63,935 nt of DNA, filler included, from an uncultured Methanoregulaceae archaeon (GCA_964530035.1; 3 parts of 3 records of this genome joined end to end with filler, not necessarily neighbours in it), one strand, 5' to 3'. Numbered from the whole stretch's first letter, positions 47,704 through 58,546 are shown. Numbers and translations: made by a program. Notes: generated from the sequence alone by a model not told the origin.

Positions 47704-50700
47704 TCAGCCGAACTCCTCTCCCGGTGACTGATGAGCCTCCCCACCTTCATCGAGAGGGATACCGTCCTCCTCCTGGAACACGGTGACCGCCGCCGCGACA
47801 AGCGGTTCCAGGTCGCGGTGAGGAAGTAACGGGAAGGGTACCAGCCTGTCACACTCGACCCAGTACACCCATCCGCTCACCGCCTTCCGGGTCATCTGCG
47901 AAACGGCATGGCAATAGGTGCTGACTGACACGCGGTATTTCTCAACGAGATCGGCGTCCTCCTCGTCACCCGCCCCGGTCTTGAGGTCGATGACGACCAG
48001 GCTCCCGTCTGGCATCACCTGGAGCCGGTCGATGACTCCGCTGACCTCGACACCGGAAATGGTGGTGACGAACGGGAACTCGGTAAATACCCTTGTCGCA
48101 TCACGTATGAGGGAGTGCTGAAGGAAACACCGGTAATATCCATCGATCCGTGCGGCATCGGTATCCGGGAGACCGTGCCTGCGACATACCCCGGCGGCAT
48201 CCCTGCCCTCAAAGACCTCATGTACCGCCGTGCCGAAGGTAGTTTCAGGCGAGCCAGGAAGGTTTCTCAGGACACTCCGGGTGGGGACGCCTGGCGGGAC
48301 ACCCGGCTCTCTCTTTTTAAGGTCAGTGTCCTCGATTTTTGACACGGAAATCCTTGTCAGCGGTCGCGGCCCGGACGTTGTCGCCGCCAGCGCGACTCTT
48401 GCAGGCGAGTCCGGCACATTGTCCGGTATCATGACCTGGCCGGGTGACCGGCACCGTTTTTCAGCGGTGAATATTCCGGGGTCGGTGATGAACCTGACAC
48501 CGACCGTTGAACCGTCAGGGGCTTTCACCGGGACACAGCCGCCGGCCGGGTCAGCACCCTGGCTGTACAGGAGCGACAGCAGGAAGTCAGTGCCGGAGTT
48601 CCCACTGGCGGCTTTTTCCCGTGCATCAGGCTTCACCATGCCTGATAGGACCAGGTAGTCGCGGGCCCTCGTGAACGCGACATAGAGGAGCCGGCGGTAC
48701 TCGGCCGTCTCCTTTTCATGAAGTTCCCGGGTGAGCATGGCGAGGACCGGTGTCGGGTGCACCTCGTGGTCCCTGTCAGGGTCCGGCGCCTTCACACCGG
48801 CTATCGCGGGTTCATCCCCGAACATGAACGGTTTGGACGAGTGCTTTCCCGGGTGGGAGCATTCAGGGACCACCACCACCGGGAACTCAAGCCCCTTGGC
48901 CGCATGGATGGTCATGATGTTGACCCGGTCACGGACAGGGTCTTCAGGCTGGCCCTGGCCTGACCGCTCCTCTTCATCGATGGACCGGGCAAGCCCGTCG
49001 GAGAACACTGAAAGGTCCTGGCCCCTGGTGAGGACGGTGTCCTCTGTGGTCATGTGCACGACCTTCTCGATGTTTGCAAGCATCTGCGGCCCGTCGGGGA
49101 GGGCGGCATATACCGTGTACACTCCTGACTCAGACAGGATGCGCCTGATAAACGGGGTCAGAGGCTCCCTGCCACGGTATGCAAGCCAGCGGGAGAGGAT
49201 CCGGATGACCCGGGATACCCCGGTATCAGCGGGGTGGTGCCCTGCATACTCCCGGACCTTTTCCCAGAGTGTCCTCCCCCCTGCCATGGAGACAAGGAAC
49301 AGGGTGTCGTCAGGGAGACCGAGGAACGGGGACCGGAGCGCCCCGAGGAGGGCCATGTCGTCATGGGGCCGGCAGAGGAATGCAAGGGTGCTGGTAAGGT
49401 CCATGACCTCCTGCCTGGCAAACAGGCCGGTCCCTGCATGGACATGGAAGGGGATCCCGTACCGTGAGAGGGCGGCGGTCCAGGCGGGAAGGTGTGTCCG
49501 TCGTGCAAGAAGGAGGGCGATATCGCCGTACCCTGCCGGCCTGCCGGTCATTGCCCCCGTCCCGTCCGGTTCCCAGACCATGGGGCGCTCCTTTTCTGCG
49601 AGCACCTGGATCCGTCGTGCCACGGCGTCCGATTCAGCATCATAGGACTTCTTACCCTCCTGTTCGGGGACCGCGAGGAACTCGACTCCTCCCGTGGTCT
49701 CCTGGCGCATGTCGCAGGCGGCTACCGGCTGGTACTCAAACTCCCATGGTTTCTTGGAAGGGGGAAAAATCAGGGAAAAGAATGCGTTTGCAAAGGTCAC
49801 CAGTTCGGGGGCGCTCCGGAAGTTCGTGTCGAGGTTCACCGTATGGCCCTCGAACTCCGTCGTGATGAACTCCGCGGCCTCGCGGAACCGTGTCACGTCG
49901 GCGTTCCTGAACAGGTATATGGACTGTTTCGGGTCCCCGACGATGAACAGCCGGTTGTTCCTGCCTCTCACACCGGTAAGGATACTCAGGATCATCCCGA
50001 ACTGTGAAGGGTCCGTGTCCTGGAACTCGTCGACCAGGATGAAGCGGTACCTGGCCGAGAGGTCCCGGGCAACCTGCCCGTCCGAGTCAAGGAGCCTTTG
50101 GGCATACCATACCAGGTCGTCGAAGTCGAGGGCCCCGCACTGCTCCTTGACGGAGTCAAGGTCCCTGCAATAGGCATCGAACAGGACCCGGATGTCATGC
50201 AGGTAAAGGACCGCCGTTTCGTGGTGACGGGAACCGGGGGAAACCTCCATCTCCAGCAGGGGGGCCAGGTCTTTTGCGGTGTCCCTTACAATCCTCATGC
50301 ATTCCTTGTAGGACGGGAAGTCATCCCCGGCCCACCGCGAAGCGCTCCCGCCGGTCAGCTGGATGCCTGAAACAGATTTTAATGCTCCTGCAAGCCCGTC
50401 CAGGTCAGACGAGGGGTCTGCAAGGACAAGGAGGTCTTCCCGGGCGCCGTGCAGGGTGGCAATGGCGCGGTCAGACCGGTCGGTGTTCCGCTCCATGAGC
50501 AGGAAGAGCCGGTCAAGGCTCTTCCTGACGAGCGGGTCCCTCAGCGCCTCCCCGACCCGCCTTTCGCGTTCCCGCCCGGAATAGGCAGACCAGGCCTCCT
50601 GTATTTCCCGGGGGTCCTGCCCGAGAAGCTGGAAAAAACCGGTACTCCTCCCGCGGTCGTCATAGAGCGCTTCAAGGATGTCCCTGAGTGTTGTCCTGGG

Positions 50701-51159
50701 TGTGCAGGCGAGGACCCGTTCAAGCGCCCCGCTGTCCTCGCAGCAGGTCACTCCCCGCACGAGCCTGTCGAACGAGTCCGCCCTGACCTGTGCAGCCTCA
50801 GTCTCGTCCATGACGGCAAAGCCCGGGATGATCCCTGCCTTTTCCGGGTACTCCCGCAGCACCGTCGCACAAAAGGAGTGAAACGTCATGACCGGAGCGA
50901 CGATCAGTTCTTCCTCAAGCACCTGCGGCGCGAGGTGGGAGAGTACTCCGGCCTCCTCCCTGATTCGGCTCCTCATTTCTGCTGCTGCCTTGTCGGTGAA
51001 CGTCAGGGCAAGGACCTCCCCGATGGACGCCCCCTGTTCCCGGAGCAGGGCGAGATACCGCTGGACGAGCACATGGGTCTTCCCGGTGCCCGCCCCGGCG
51101 GTGACGACCATGCTGTGCCCATGGCCCCTGATGGCCTTCTCCTGGCCTTCGGGCGTCAT
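47704..51159 (-). CDS. addA: AddA-like UvrD helicase with C-terminal RecB-type nuclease
   Basis: AGAGTGKT, LTFTDKAA, VDEFQD, VGDPKQSIY, MTIHAAKGLEF, LLYVAFTRA, GVIDRL, IDLKTG. Confidence 0.9.
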   Translation of the reverse strand: MTPEGQEKAIRGHGHSMVVTAGAGTGKTHVLVQRYLALLREQGASIGEVLALTFTDKAAAEMRSRIREEAGVLSHLAPQVLEEELIVAPVMTFHSFCATVLREYPEKAGIIPGFAVMDETEAAQVRADSFDRLVRGVTCCEDSGALERVLACTPRTTLRDILEALYDDRGRSTGFFQLLGQDPREIQEAWSAYSGRERERRVGEALRDPLVRKSLDRLFLLMERNTDRSDRAIATLHGAREDLLVLADPSSDLDGLAGALKSVSGIQLTGGSASRWAGDDFPSYKECMRIVRDTAKDLAPLLEMEVSPGSRHHETAVLYLHDIRVLFDAYCRDLDSVKEQCGALDFDDLVWYAQRLLDSDGQVARDLSARYRFILVDEFQDTDPSQFGMILSILTGVRGRNNRLFIVGDPKQSIYLFRNADVTRFREAAEFITTEFEGHTVNLDTNFRSAPELVTFANAFFSLIFPPSKKPWEFEYQPVAACDMRQETTGGVEFLAVPEQEGKKSYDAESDAVARRIQVLAEKERPMVWEPDGTGAMTGRPAGYGDIALLLARRTHLPAWTAALSRYGIPFHVHAGTGLFARQEVMDLTSTLAFLCRPHDDMALLGALRSPFLGLPDDTLFLVSMAGGRTLWEKVREYAGHHPADTGVSRVIRILSRWLAYRGREPLTPFIRRILSESGVYTVYAALPDGPQMLANIEKVVHMTTEDTVLTRGQDLSVFSDGLARSIDEEERSGQGQPEDPVRDRVNIMTIHAAKGLEFPVVVVPECSHPGKHSSKPFMFGDEPAIAGVKAPDPDRDHEVHPTPVLAMLTRELHEKETAEYRRLLYVAFTRARDYLVLSGMVKPDAREKAASGNSGTDFLLSLLYSQGADPAGGCVPVKAPDGSTVGVRFITDPGIFTAEKRCRSPGQVMIPDNVPDSPARVALAATTSGPRPLTRISVSKIEDTDLKKREPGVPPGVPTRSVLRNLPGSPETTFGTAVHEVFEGRDAAGVCRRHGLPDTDAARIDGYYRCFLQHSLIRDATRVFTEFPFVTTISGVEVSGVIDRLQVMPDGSLVVIDLKTGAGDEEDADLVEKYRVSVSTYCHAVSQMTRKAVSGWVYWVECDRLVPFPLLPHRDLEPLVAAAVTVFQEEDGIPLDEGGEAHQSPGEEFG

Positions 51160-54100
51160 GCCGGACCCTCCCCGGCCTCTTCCTCGTCGGGTACCGTCCT
51201 GAACGATGAAAACCTGCAGGCTGTCCGTGCATCGCAGAACCGGCCCGGGCAGCCACGGTTAAGCGGCAGGGGAAACCTCCCTGAACGGATATTCATGACA
51301 TGGTCTTCTGATACCTGGAGCGTCTGTTCGAGAAACGCATCGAGGTCCCTGCCTTTCCTGGCCGCGAGCCCGGCATACTGCGTTGCTTCCGGTGCCATGA
51401 CGCTCGCGCCGGCTTTCACCTCCCCTTTCAACCCGAGGTACATCCCCCCTGCCGGGGGGCATCCGGTCAGCCCCTGGTAGGCGAGGATATAGAGGGGCAG
51501 CTGCAGGGCAACCCCCTGGTCCACCTCCTTCTGGCGTGGTACAGAAGCCCCGGTCTTGTAGTCCGTAACGATGAACCGGCCGTCGGGAGTCATGTCCACA
51601 CGGTCGATCCTGCCCCTGAGCCTGAACGGCAACCCCGGTCTGTCTGCATTGAGGTCAACGGCAGGCAACTCCTGCCCGTCTCCTGTACCTTCCATGCCAA
51701 AACCGAGTTCAAACCGGTACGGGACCAGGCCCGTCCCGCTCCGTTGTGATTCGTAGAGGAGGAACCGGTACAGCATGCCCGGTCCTGCATACCCTCCGCC
51801 GGTCATCTCCCGTTCGAGGGCACGCCACCGTGGGCCTCTCGCCCTTACGGCTGACAGGAGACCTTCCGCGATCCCGAGGATATCCCGGTGTGCCGTATCA
51901 ACCGAGCCGGGACCGGCCATCCCGAGGCCTTTGCCTGTCCGTTCCAGGTAATACGTCGCAAGGACCTGGTGGGCGATGCTGCCGAAGTCCCTGACCGCCG
52001 TGTCCTCGTCGGGATCGGGCAGGGGGCTGATTGAAAGGACCCGTTCAATGAAAAACCTGAACGGACAGGTAGCATAGGTCTCGATCTGGGAGGCGGACCA
52101 TGTCCGGTCAGGGCCGAACCGTCGCTGCAGGCTGGTGACGATCTCCGGGATGTCCTGCAGCACGCCGTCATATGCCGAGTCGCAATGCCCCTGCCGGTGA
52201 AAATCCTCGGCGGTGATCCGGCCTGCGATCTCACGGATGCCGGAACCCGCCGGGAGAAGCCGGGACGCCCCTTCAAAGTCCCCGGCAGCCATGCATTTTC
52301 CGGCTTCCAGCTGGCGGGACCTCGCGGAACTGTCTTCAGGGGGGGTGTCCCAGGGGAGGACGCCTCCGGCTGATGACAGGTCCTCGAAGAACACCGACGG
52401 GAGGACGGGGCCGGACCCGTTGGAATCGGGGCAGCTGATATACAGGCAGTCGCCGGCGGTGAGGCACGCCGCGGCGAAGGCGAACCGCTCCTCAGCCACG
52501 ACCTCGTGGAGGGTCCGGGCCCCCATCCGCTGGCTTTCCGGCCGGGTGCAAAGGGGGAGCCGCGTGGTGGGGCTGGGGATCGCTCCCTCTGCCAGCCCGG
52601 CAAGGAATACATGCCCGAAGCGCAGATGTGCCAGTTCCCTGATTCCCGCGATCCTGACCCCGGGAGGACCTCCGGCGGCGAGGTATTCCTCACGGGCAAG
52701 GGCCGTGAAGGCTGAAACAAACGAGCCGAACGGAACCCGTTCATCAGGGTCAGGCCAGGGGAGGCCGGGGACCTGCCGGAGGAGGGAACACGCCCTGAAA
52801 AGGGCCGATCGTTCGCTGTTAACCAGGGAATGGTCTACTATATGGTCATCGAGGACAGGGATACGCATGTCCAGGAGGAACTCCGTGACAGCGCGGAGGT
52901 GTTCACGGGGGCTCCGGGGAGCGTTGAGTGCTGAAAGCCTGCCGATGAGACCTGACAGGTACCTGGCGATACAGGCCGAACGCCCGGAGAGCCAGCCGGG
53001 GATATCCGGTTCCCAGCCATTCTCCTCCATGAGACGGGCGGTCTCCTCAAGCCCCCTGGACCACCCCGTGCGCCCGCCGGTGATACCCAGGTGGCGTGAC
53101 AGGAGGTCAACCTCGGCCATCGCCGGGACTGCTTCGCTGCCGTCCTGGGAAGGCCACCGGAAGTACGGGCTGCCTACCCACGAGACCAGGTCTTCGCGCT
53201 GGTAGTCGGTGAGGGGAAGGCGGAACCCTTCGGCAAGGAACCGGACCACCGGGAAAGAAAGCAGCGGGACCACCGGCGGAGCCAGGTACGGGATGCCGTA
53301 CTCATGGAGGACATCGGCGAGTTCCCGGTAGGCTCCCCTGATGTCGGGAAGGGCGACCGCGATCTCGCGGTACGGGACGCCTGATCCGTGGAGTGCGGCA
53401 ATTGTCCCGGCTATTGACCGGAACTCAGCCATGCGGGTTGAAAACCTTACTGACCTGACCGACCCCGGGGTGACACTGCCACCGGCAGCGGTCGCAGCAA
53501 GGAACCTTGACACCCGTTCAGGTGAAGATGCAGGGATTTCCACGCGGTTACCGGTATTATCGTCCAGTCCGGCGGACCCGGGACGGTCGGCACACCCGGT
53601 CTGCGGGACGAGGACCCTGCAGTCCCGTGACTTTGACCTGACACGTTCGAATGCCTCACGTTCAAGGGCGAGCATGAAGGGGTGGCCGTACCAGATCACG
53701 GTGTCCAGGGGTAGCTGGGCCGGTCCGTCAAGGACCTGGCAGGCCCTGAGGAGGAGCGTGTCACGGTCCATAAACCTGTTTTTCTCAAGACTGTCGTGGT
53801 ATATCGCAATTAGCGCTGCGATCGCCTCGCTTTTTTCACCCGCGAGGTCACCCAGGCATTCCGGGTACGCGATCTTTCTCCTCGTGATAACCGAGACGAG
53901 GTCCTGGACCTCCCTCTGCAGGGCGTCAGGGAGGGATTTTCCGGGGTACAGGACTCCCTGCAGGGAAGGTGTTTCCGTGATGCACCTGGCCAGCAGGAAC
54001 CTGGCCTCGGCCCGGCTGATCAACCGCAGCCCGGGCCTGCCCGTCCTGACGACCTCCTGGTACAGGTCTGTCGGCGTGCAGACCCGGGATCCGGCGATTG

Positions 54101-54269
54101 CTATGCCGGAACCGAGGACCTGCGACTGTATCGTGTCTCTCAGCAGGCGTGTGGGCAGGACGAACCAGGTCCCGAACGGGTCGTCCCGGGAGGCGGCGAT
54201 GAACTCCTCACGGCACCGGTCAAGGCCTTCGCCGGGAATTGCGGTAAAGCGGGTGATGGAAGGTGACAT
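51156..54269 (-). CDS. addB: AddB-like inactive helicase with PD-(D/E)xK nuclease and Fe-S staple
   Basis: SASQIETYATCPFRFF, GRIDRVD, TDYKTG, LQLPLY, CPGRFCDARTAC; ATGA overlap with addA. Confidence 0.87.
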   Translation of the reverse strand: MSPSITRFTAIPGEGLDRCREEFIAASRDDPFGTWFVLPTRLLRDTIQSQVLGSGIAIAGSRVCTPTDLYQEVVRTGRPGLRLISRAEARFLLARCITETPSLQGVLYPGKSLPDALQREVQDLVSVITRRKIAYPECLGDLAGEKSEAIAALIAIYHDSLEKNRFMDRDTLLLRACQVLDGPAQLPLDTVIWYGHPFMLALEREAFERVRSKSRDCRVLVPQTGCADRPGSAGLDDNTGNRVEIPASSPERVSRFLAATAAGGSVTPGSVRSVRFSTRMAEFRSIAGTIAALHGSGVPYREIAVALPDIRGAYRELADVLHEYGIPYLAPPVVPLLSFPVVRFLAEGFRLPLTDYQREDLVSWVGSPYFRWPSQDGSEAVPAMAEVDLLSRHLGITGGRTGWSRGLEETARLMEENGWEPDIPGWLSGRSACIARYLSGLIGRLSALNAPRSPREHLRAVTEFLLDMRIPVLDDHIVDHSLVNSERSALFRACSLLRQVPGLPWPDPDERVPFGSFVSAFTALAREEYLAAGGPPGVRIAGIRELAHLRFGHVFLAGLAEGAIPSPTTRLPLCTRPESQRMGARTLHEVVAEERFAFAAACLTAGDCLYISCPDSNGSGPVLPSVFFEDLSSAGGVLPWDTPPEDSSARSRQLEAGKCMAAGDFEGASRLLPAGSGIREIAGRITAEDFHRQGHCDSAYDGVLQDIPEIVTSLQRRFGPDRTWSASQIETYATCPFRFFIERVLSISPLPDPDEDTAVRDFGSIAHQVLATYYLERTGKGLGMAGPGSVDTAHRDILGIAEGLLSAVRARGPRWRALEREMTGGGYAGPGMLYRFLLYESQRSGTGLVPYRFELGFGMEGTGDGQELPAVDLNADRPGLPFRLRGRIDRVDMTPDGRFIVTDYKTGASVPRQKEVDQGVALQLPLYILAYQGLTGCPPAGGMYLGLKGEVKAGASVMAPEATQYAGLAARKGRDLDAFLEQTLQVSEDHVMNIRSGRFPLPLNRGCPGRFCDARTACRFSSFRTVPDEEEAGEGPA

Positions 54270-54482
54270 GGACACTCCGTACGACCAGGCGCCTGAACGG
54301 AGCCAGGCGCTTCATTGTCTTTCCAGGGTTTGGCCCCGCCCCTCATTACATCGCCGGAGTTGAGCATCGTGAGCATCGTGGAACTGACCCATGATACCCT
54401 GAGATGAATCCCGGGACAGGTCAGCCTGCAAGGGTTCAATGGAGGTGACTGCGGCCCGGAAACCCCCTGGGATTCCCTGTGT

Positions 54483-54703
54483 TTAATCCCGGCCCGCGTT
54501 TCGTGCAGCTGTGATGAACCGGCGCACCAGGTCCGGGTCTTTCACCCCTGGACTCCGCTCAGTCCCGGACGCAACATCAACCCCGAAGGGCGCCAGGTCC
54601 CGGATGGCCTGGCCTACGTTGCCGGGGTCCAGTCCCCCTGCAAGGATGACGGGGACGGGAGACTCGCGGATGACCCGCCCGGCATACTCCCTGTCAAACA
54701 CAC
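54483..54703 (-). CDS. trpF: Phosphoribosylanthranilate isomerase, C-terminal part (cut by the contig end)
   Basis: [25 protein letters not shown]. Confidence 0.9.
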
Positions 54704-54803
54704 NNNNNNNNNNNNNNNNNNNNNNNNNNNNNNNNNNNNNNNNNNNNTTAATTAATTAANNNNNNNNNNNNNNNNNNNNNNNNNNNNNNNNNNNNNNNNN
54801 NNN
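54704..54803. other. Artificial contig join (N pad with TTAATTAATTAA linker)
   Basis: Linker at 54748-54759. Confidence 0.97.
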
Positions 54804-55592
54804 CCTCTTGACGAGGATTACGACCAGGACCATGCCCTGGTCGTGCTCTTTGCCGGGAGCCCGGGTTATACCCTGAAACCGGTGAGGAAGTATGATTTCT
54901 ATGACGGGTGGTATGCCGATGGAAAGGTCTTCAAGGGCGACCGGGTCGTCGTAGAGAGGGACTACCCGTGGCGGACCGACTCGGTCGACCCGGCAAGAAT
55001 AGAATCGCTTCCCGGTGATCCCCTTGAACGTCTGCGGGATATGAGCGACCTGTCGCCCTATGCCATCAACTACAACACGACCAACTGGCAGCTGTTTTCC
55101 CCGAACGAGAAGTTCATCGACTTCAGGTTCGACCCTGATATCCTCGTTCCCGACCACCTCGAAGGCTATGAAACCCTGAACGACACAGACCGGGAAGGCA
55201 GGGGACGACAGGTCGTGGACGCACGTATTGCAGGAGCGGTGCTCTCGAAATCCCTTACCTACACTCCGTCAGCCTCGTCAGCACTTGAGGGAAAAATAAC
55301 CGGGGTCGTCCTCGAGGCTCTCACCTTCCGGGACAGGGAATCGGCGAACGCTTACTACCAGGGATTGTTCTCTTCAGGATTGCCCAGAAGACCTGGAGGG
55401 CTGGACGCGGCGTACGAGTACGCCGCACGGGACGGGGCTGCAAGCGCATCATATACGATGCTTCTCGGGGACACGGCGGTCATATCAACGGCTTTCGACC
55501 ATGGGGATGGCGGGCGGAGCCTGGCCAGCGAGGACATTCTGGAAACCGCATCGAAAACCACACTCTATTCCGCCCTGAAGACGGTCCTTTAA
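54804..55592 (+). CDS. Hypothetical protein, 5' end missing
   Basis: Frame open from the contig start to TAA. Confidence 0.7.
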   Translation, partial: PLDEDYDQDHALVVLFAGSPGYTLKPVRKYDFYDGWYADGKVFKGDRVVVERDYPWRTDSVDPARIESLPGDPLERLRDMSDLSPYAINYNTTNWQLFSPNEKFIDFRFDPDILVPDHLEGYETLNDTDREGRGRQVVDARIAGAVLSKSLTYTPSASSALEGKITGVVLEALTFRDRESANAYYQGLFSSGLPRRPGGLDAAYEYAARDGAASASYTMLLGDTAVISTAFDHGDGGRSLASEDILETASKTTLYSALKTVL

Positions 55593-55795
55593 AATGGGCC
55601 GGGACTTCCCGCGATCCGGGGTTTTCCAGGAAGGTTCCCGTCCATGATGCCAATGTCCCGGGCAACCATTATGTCCCCCACCTCCCGATCCTTTAACAAC
55701 GGCCGGGCCGGAGACCCCCGGACTGCCGGTAGGGAGCATGGCCCGGTATAGGGTCTGCTGAACACCCTGCATGGGTTCCAGAGGGGGGAGCGTGC

Positions 55796-56686
55796 ATGAA
55801 TATCCCGAAGAAGGTCATCAGGAAGGAAATGGTATCCACTCCTGGCGAAATACTCGTGATACAAATCGAGGAGGAGGATTTCTCAGGGGTTTACCCGGGC
55901 ATGATCAGGTACACCGTTTCTGCACTGGCAGGTGACCGGCCGATAACGGTCTTTAAGACAAATACCTACGAATATGCACCCCTTGTCCCTCTTGAAGCCA
56001 GGGAGGTTGCCTCCCGCATCGCTGATGAATGGAAGGGCCTCATCAGCGAGGACCCGGACGGTTTCCGTGTCACGGCTCCATCCGTCCAGGGGGACACGGG
56101 GATCGTTTCCAGGGCGGCCGTGGTCATCATCCAGGGAAGTCCCCGGGCGGACGGGAACTGCGGGATCATGGCCGGATGGGTCGCTGAGGAGGCACGCACA
56201 CGGGGCCTGCCGGTTGCCATCATTTTTCCCGACGAACTTGCGGTCCACCCGTGCATAGGCTGCTACCAGTGTTACAATACCGGTTTCTGCACGTTTTCCG
56301 ATGACATGGGAGAGGTTATCAACGCCCTTTCCCGCTGTTCACTCCTGGTCGTTTGCTCGCCCGTATACACGAACACCGTTCCCGGCGGGCTTAAACTGCT
56401 TATCGACCGCTGTCTCGCCTATCATGCAAGGCGGACCATCGGAGGCGAGGAAGGTCCGCAGGGAACAGGTATCCTCCTGTCGGTTGCCGGACGCCGGGGT
56501 CTGAAGAACTTCTCCTGTGTCACGCATGTCGTCGAGGCGTTCTTCCAGAACCTTGGTTTTACACCATCAGGGCGGGTCCTTGCCGATGGGATGGACGACC
56601 ACGATGATGTAAGGACCATGCCCGGAATCAGGGAGCAGGTACGGCACCTTGCAGGGCGGTGCCTGGGCGCTCGCGGTCCGACGTAG
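55796..56686 (+). CDS. Iron-sulfur flavoprotein family protein with N-terminal extension
   Basis: IQGSPR, CIGCYQCYNTGFC, SPVY. Confidence 0.85.
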   Translation: MNIPKKVIRKEMVSTPGEILVIQIEEEDFSGVYPGMIRYTVSALAGDRPITVFKTNTYEYAPLVPLEAREVASRIADEWKGLISEDPDGFRVTAPSVQGDTGIVSRAAVVIIQGSPRADGNCGIMAGWVAEEARTRGLPVAIIFPDELAVHPCIGCYQCYNTGFCTFSDDMGEVINALSRCSLLVVCSPVYTNTVPGGLKLLIDRCLAYHARRTIGGEEGPQGTGILLSVAGRRGLKNFSCVTHVVEAFFQNLGFTPSGRVLADGMDDHDDVRTMPGIREQVRHLAGRCLGARGPT

Positions 56687-56747
56687 CGGTAGGCCTGTCC
56701 GGGGAGGGTTTTTTCCTTCCCTCACGAAATGTGAATGGGTCAGGTGT

Positions 56748-57245
56748 ATGCCGTTTTGTGAGACCTGTGGCGTGAAGGTCGGGGCCGGGGCACGGTTCTG
56801 CGAAAACTGCGGGACTGCCCTCATTCATCAGGTACCGGTATCCCGCAGGGATAAAGATGGAAGCAATGGCACTGCGGGAACGGGGGCCGGATACACGGAT
56901 TCGGGTGGCCTTACTCCTGCACCGCCGAAAAACGTAGCCCTTGCTGCGGCTGCATCGTTGCTCTGCCCGGGGCTCGGCCAGGTATATAACGGCAGTACCG
57001 GGTGGGGGGTCATCATCCTGGCAGGGACCATGACCGGACTGTACCTTTTCAGCCTGATAGGTTTCATCGTCTGGGCCTATGGGATATACAACGCTTTTGA
57101 GACGGCAGCCCGGATGAACAGCGGGCAGAAAGCCCCCGTCCCCCATAACCCGACTCATGTCATTATTTTCGTGATATGTGCCGCAATAGCGTCTCTCGTC
57201 CTGGGCCTTCTCATGATCTCTGCAGGCAGGTCACTGATTGGTTGA
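56748..57245 (+). CDS. Zinc-ribbon membrane protein (TM2-like)
   Basis: FCETCG...FCENCG; K...LAAAASLLCPGLGQVYNG. Confidence 0.82.
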   Translation: MPFCETCGVKVGAGARFCENCGTALIHQVPVSRRDKDGSNGTAGTGAGYTDSGGLTPAPPKNVALAAAASLLCPGLGQVYNGSTGWGVIILAGTMTGLYLFSLIGFIVWAYGIYNAFETAARMNSGQKAPVPHNPTHVIIFVICAAIASLVLGLLMISAGRSLIG

Positions 57246-57435
57246 ATAGCCGTCCCGATAGCGGGTCCTCCTTATTCACCGGGGAGGACTATCCGTTTTA
57301 CACCTGTCAAGGACCTCGATCCAGGGATAATCTCTTCATCGGCTCCTGATATCCAGACAACGGGCATGCGGCCGGGGTCTCCGAAGCGTTCTTGGTTTCA
57401 CCAGCGCATTATACGATAAACAAATCCCGTGAACT

Positions 57436-58158
57436 ATGATGACCCGTTGTCCTGCCTGTACGCATGAAAATCCCCCTGCCGCACGGTACTGCGGGGATTG
57501 CGGTTCGGAGCTCCCCATGACCCCGTCACGGAACGGGCGGAGGCGAAACAGGAATACGGAGGTTACTCAGGAGATGATTGACAACGGGCAGGCGTTCGTC
57601 TGGGAGAACAAGATACGGTTTTTCGATATGGTCATCTTCCGGGGCATGGTCTTCCTCGTTACCGTCAGTATCGGGGTGCTCTTTCTCATCCTGCTGATAA
57701 CCTTTCTCCTGGCCGGGAATGACCTCCTGGACATTCTCAGCGGGCTCGGACTCCTCCTCCTCATTGCAGGAGGTATTCTGGCCATCCTCATCGTCGTTTC
57801 TGTCATTATCCTCCACGTGGTGACCGGCGGCGGGTATGACGCGACCTTCGTCGTCAGCCCGGAAGGGGTAGGGTTCTTTGGCGGGAGTACCATGAAAAAA
57901 GTGAACACCGGGCTCCTGGTCCTTGGCGCCCTTTCACGGAGCCCGCAGGCCCTCGGTGCGTCACTGATAAACTACGGCACGGAGGAGAACCGAATCGGAT
58001 GGAAGGACGTCCGTTCCGTGAAGGTCTACCCGGACGAGCACTATATCCTCGTCAGGCCACGATGGCTTGTATACCCGCTCCCCCTCTACTGCACTGAAGG
58101 GAACTTCCAGCCTGTCCTGGACCTTATCAGGACATACCGTCCTGACCTGACATACTAG
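57436..58158 (+). CDS. Zinc-ribbon membrane protein
   Basis: CPAC...YCGDCG, two TM helices, PH-like C-terminus (IGWKDVRSV). Confidence 0.8.
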   Translation: MMTRCPACTHENPPAARYCGDCGSELPMTPSRNGRRRNRNTEVTQEMIDNGQAFVWENKIRFFDMVIFRGMVFLVTVSIGVLFLILLITFLLAGNDLLDILSGLGLLLLIAGGILAILIVVSVIILHVVTGGGYDATFVVSPEGVGFFGGSTMKKVNTGLLVLGALSRSPQALGASLINYGTEENRIGWKDVRSVKVYPDEHYILVRPRWLVYPLPLYCTEGNFQPVLDLIRTYRPDLTY

Positions 58159-58180
58159 TGTTCTCCCGGTCCATCGTGTG

Positions 58181-58546
58181 TCACTCCCTGATCATGGTCA
58201 GTGACATCTTGAAACGTGTGACCGCCGAAAGGGCATGGGGAACATTCGCAGGAAAGATGATCGTGTCCCCTTCCTTCATCTGGTGTGTCGCTCCGGCGAC
58301 CCAGACCTCGCACTCCCCGTCGAGGATGGTGACCACGGCATCGAAGGGTGACGTGTGCTCTGAAAGCCCTTCGTCGGCATCGAAAGAGAACAGCGTTATG
58401 CTTCCCGACTTCCTGTTGATGATCATCCGGCTTGCTACCGTCCCGTCCTGGTAATGGACGAGTTCCTTGAGTTCAAGGACTTTTCCGAGGAGCTCCTTTC
58501 TTTTTTCCTCGTGTTTTTCAGAAGATTCAAGTTTGAATTCCACCAT
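58181..58546 (-). CDS. Cupin domain protein
   Basis: TLFSFDADEGLSEHTSPFDA...PANVPHAL. Confidence 0.9.
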   Translation of the reverse strand: MVEFKLESSEKHEEKRKELLGKVLELKELVHYQDGTVASRMIINRKSGSITLFSFDADEGLSEHTSPFDAVVTILDGECEVWVAGATHQMKEGDTIIFPANVPHALSAVTRFKMSLTMIRE

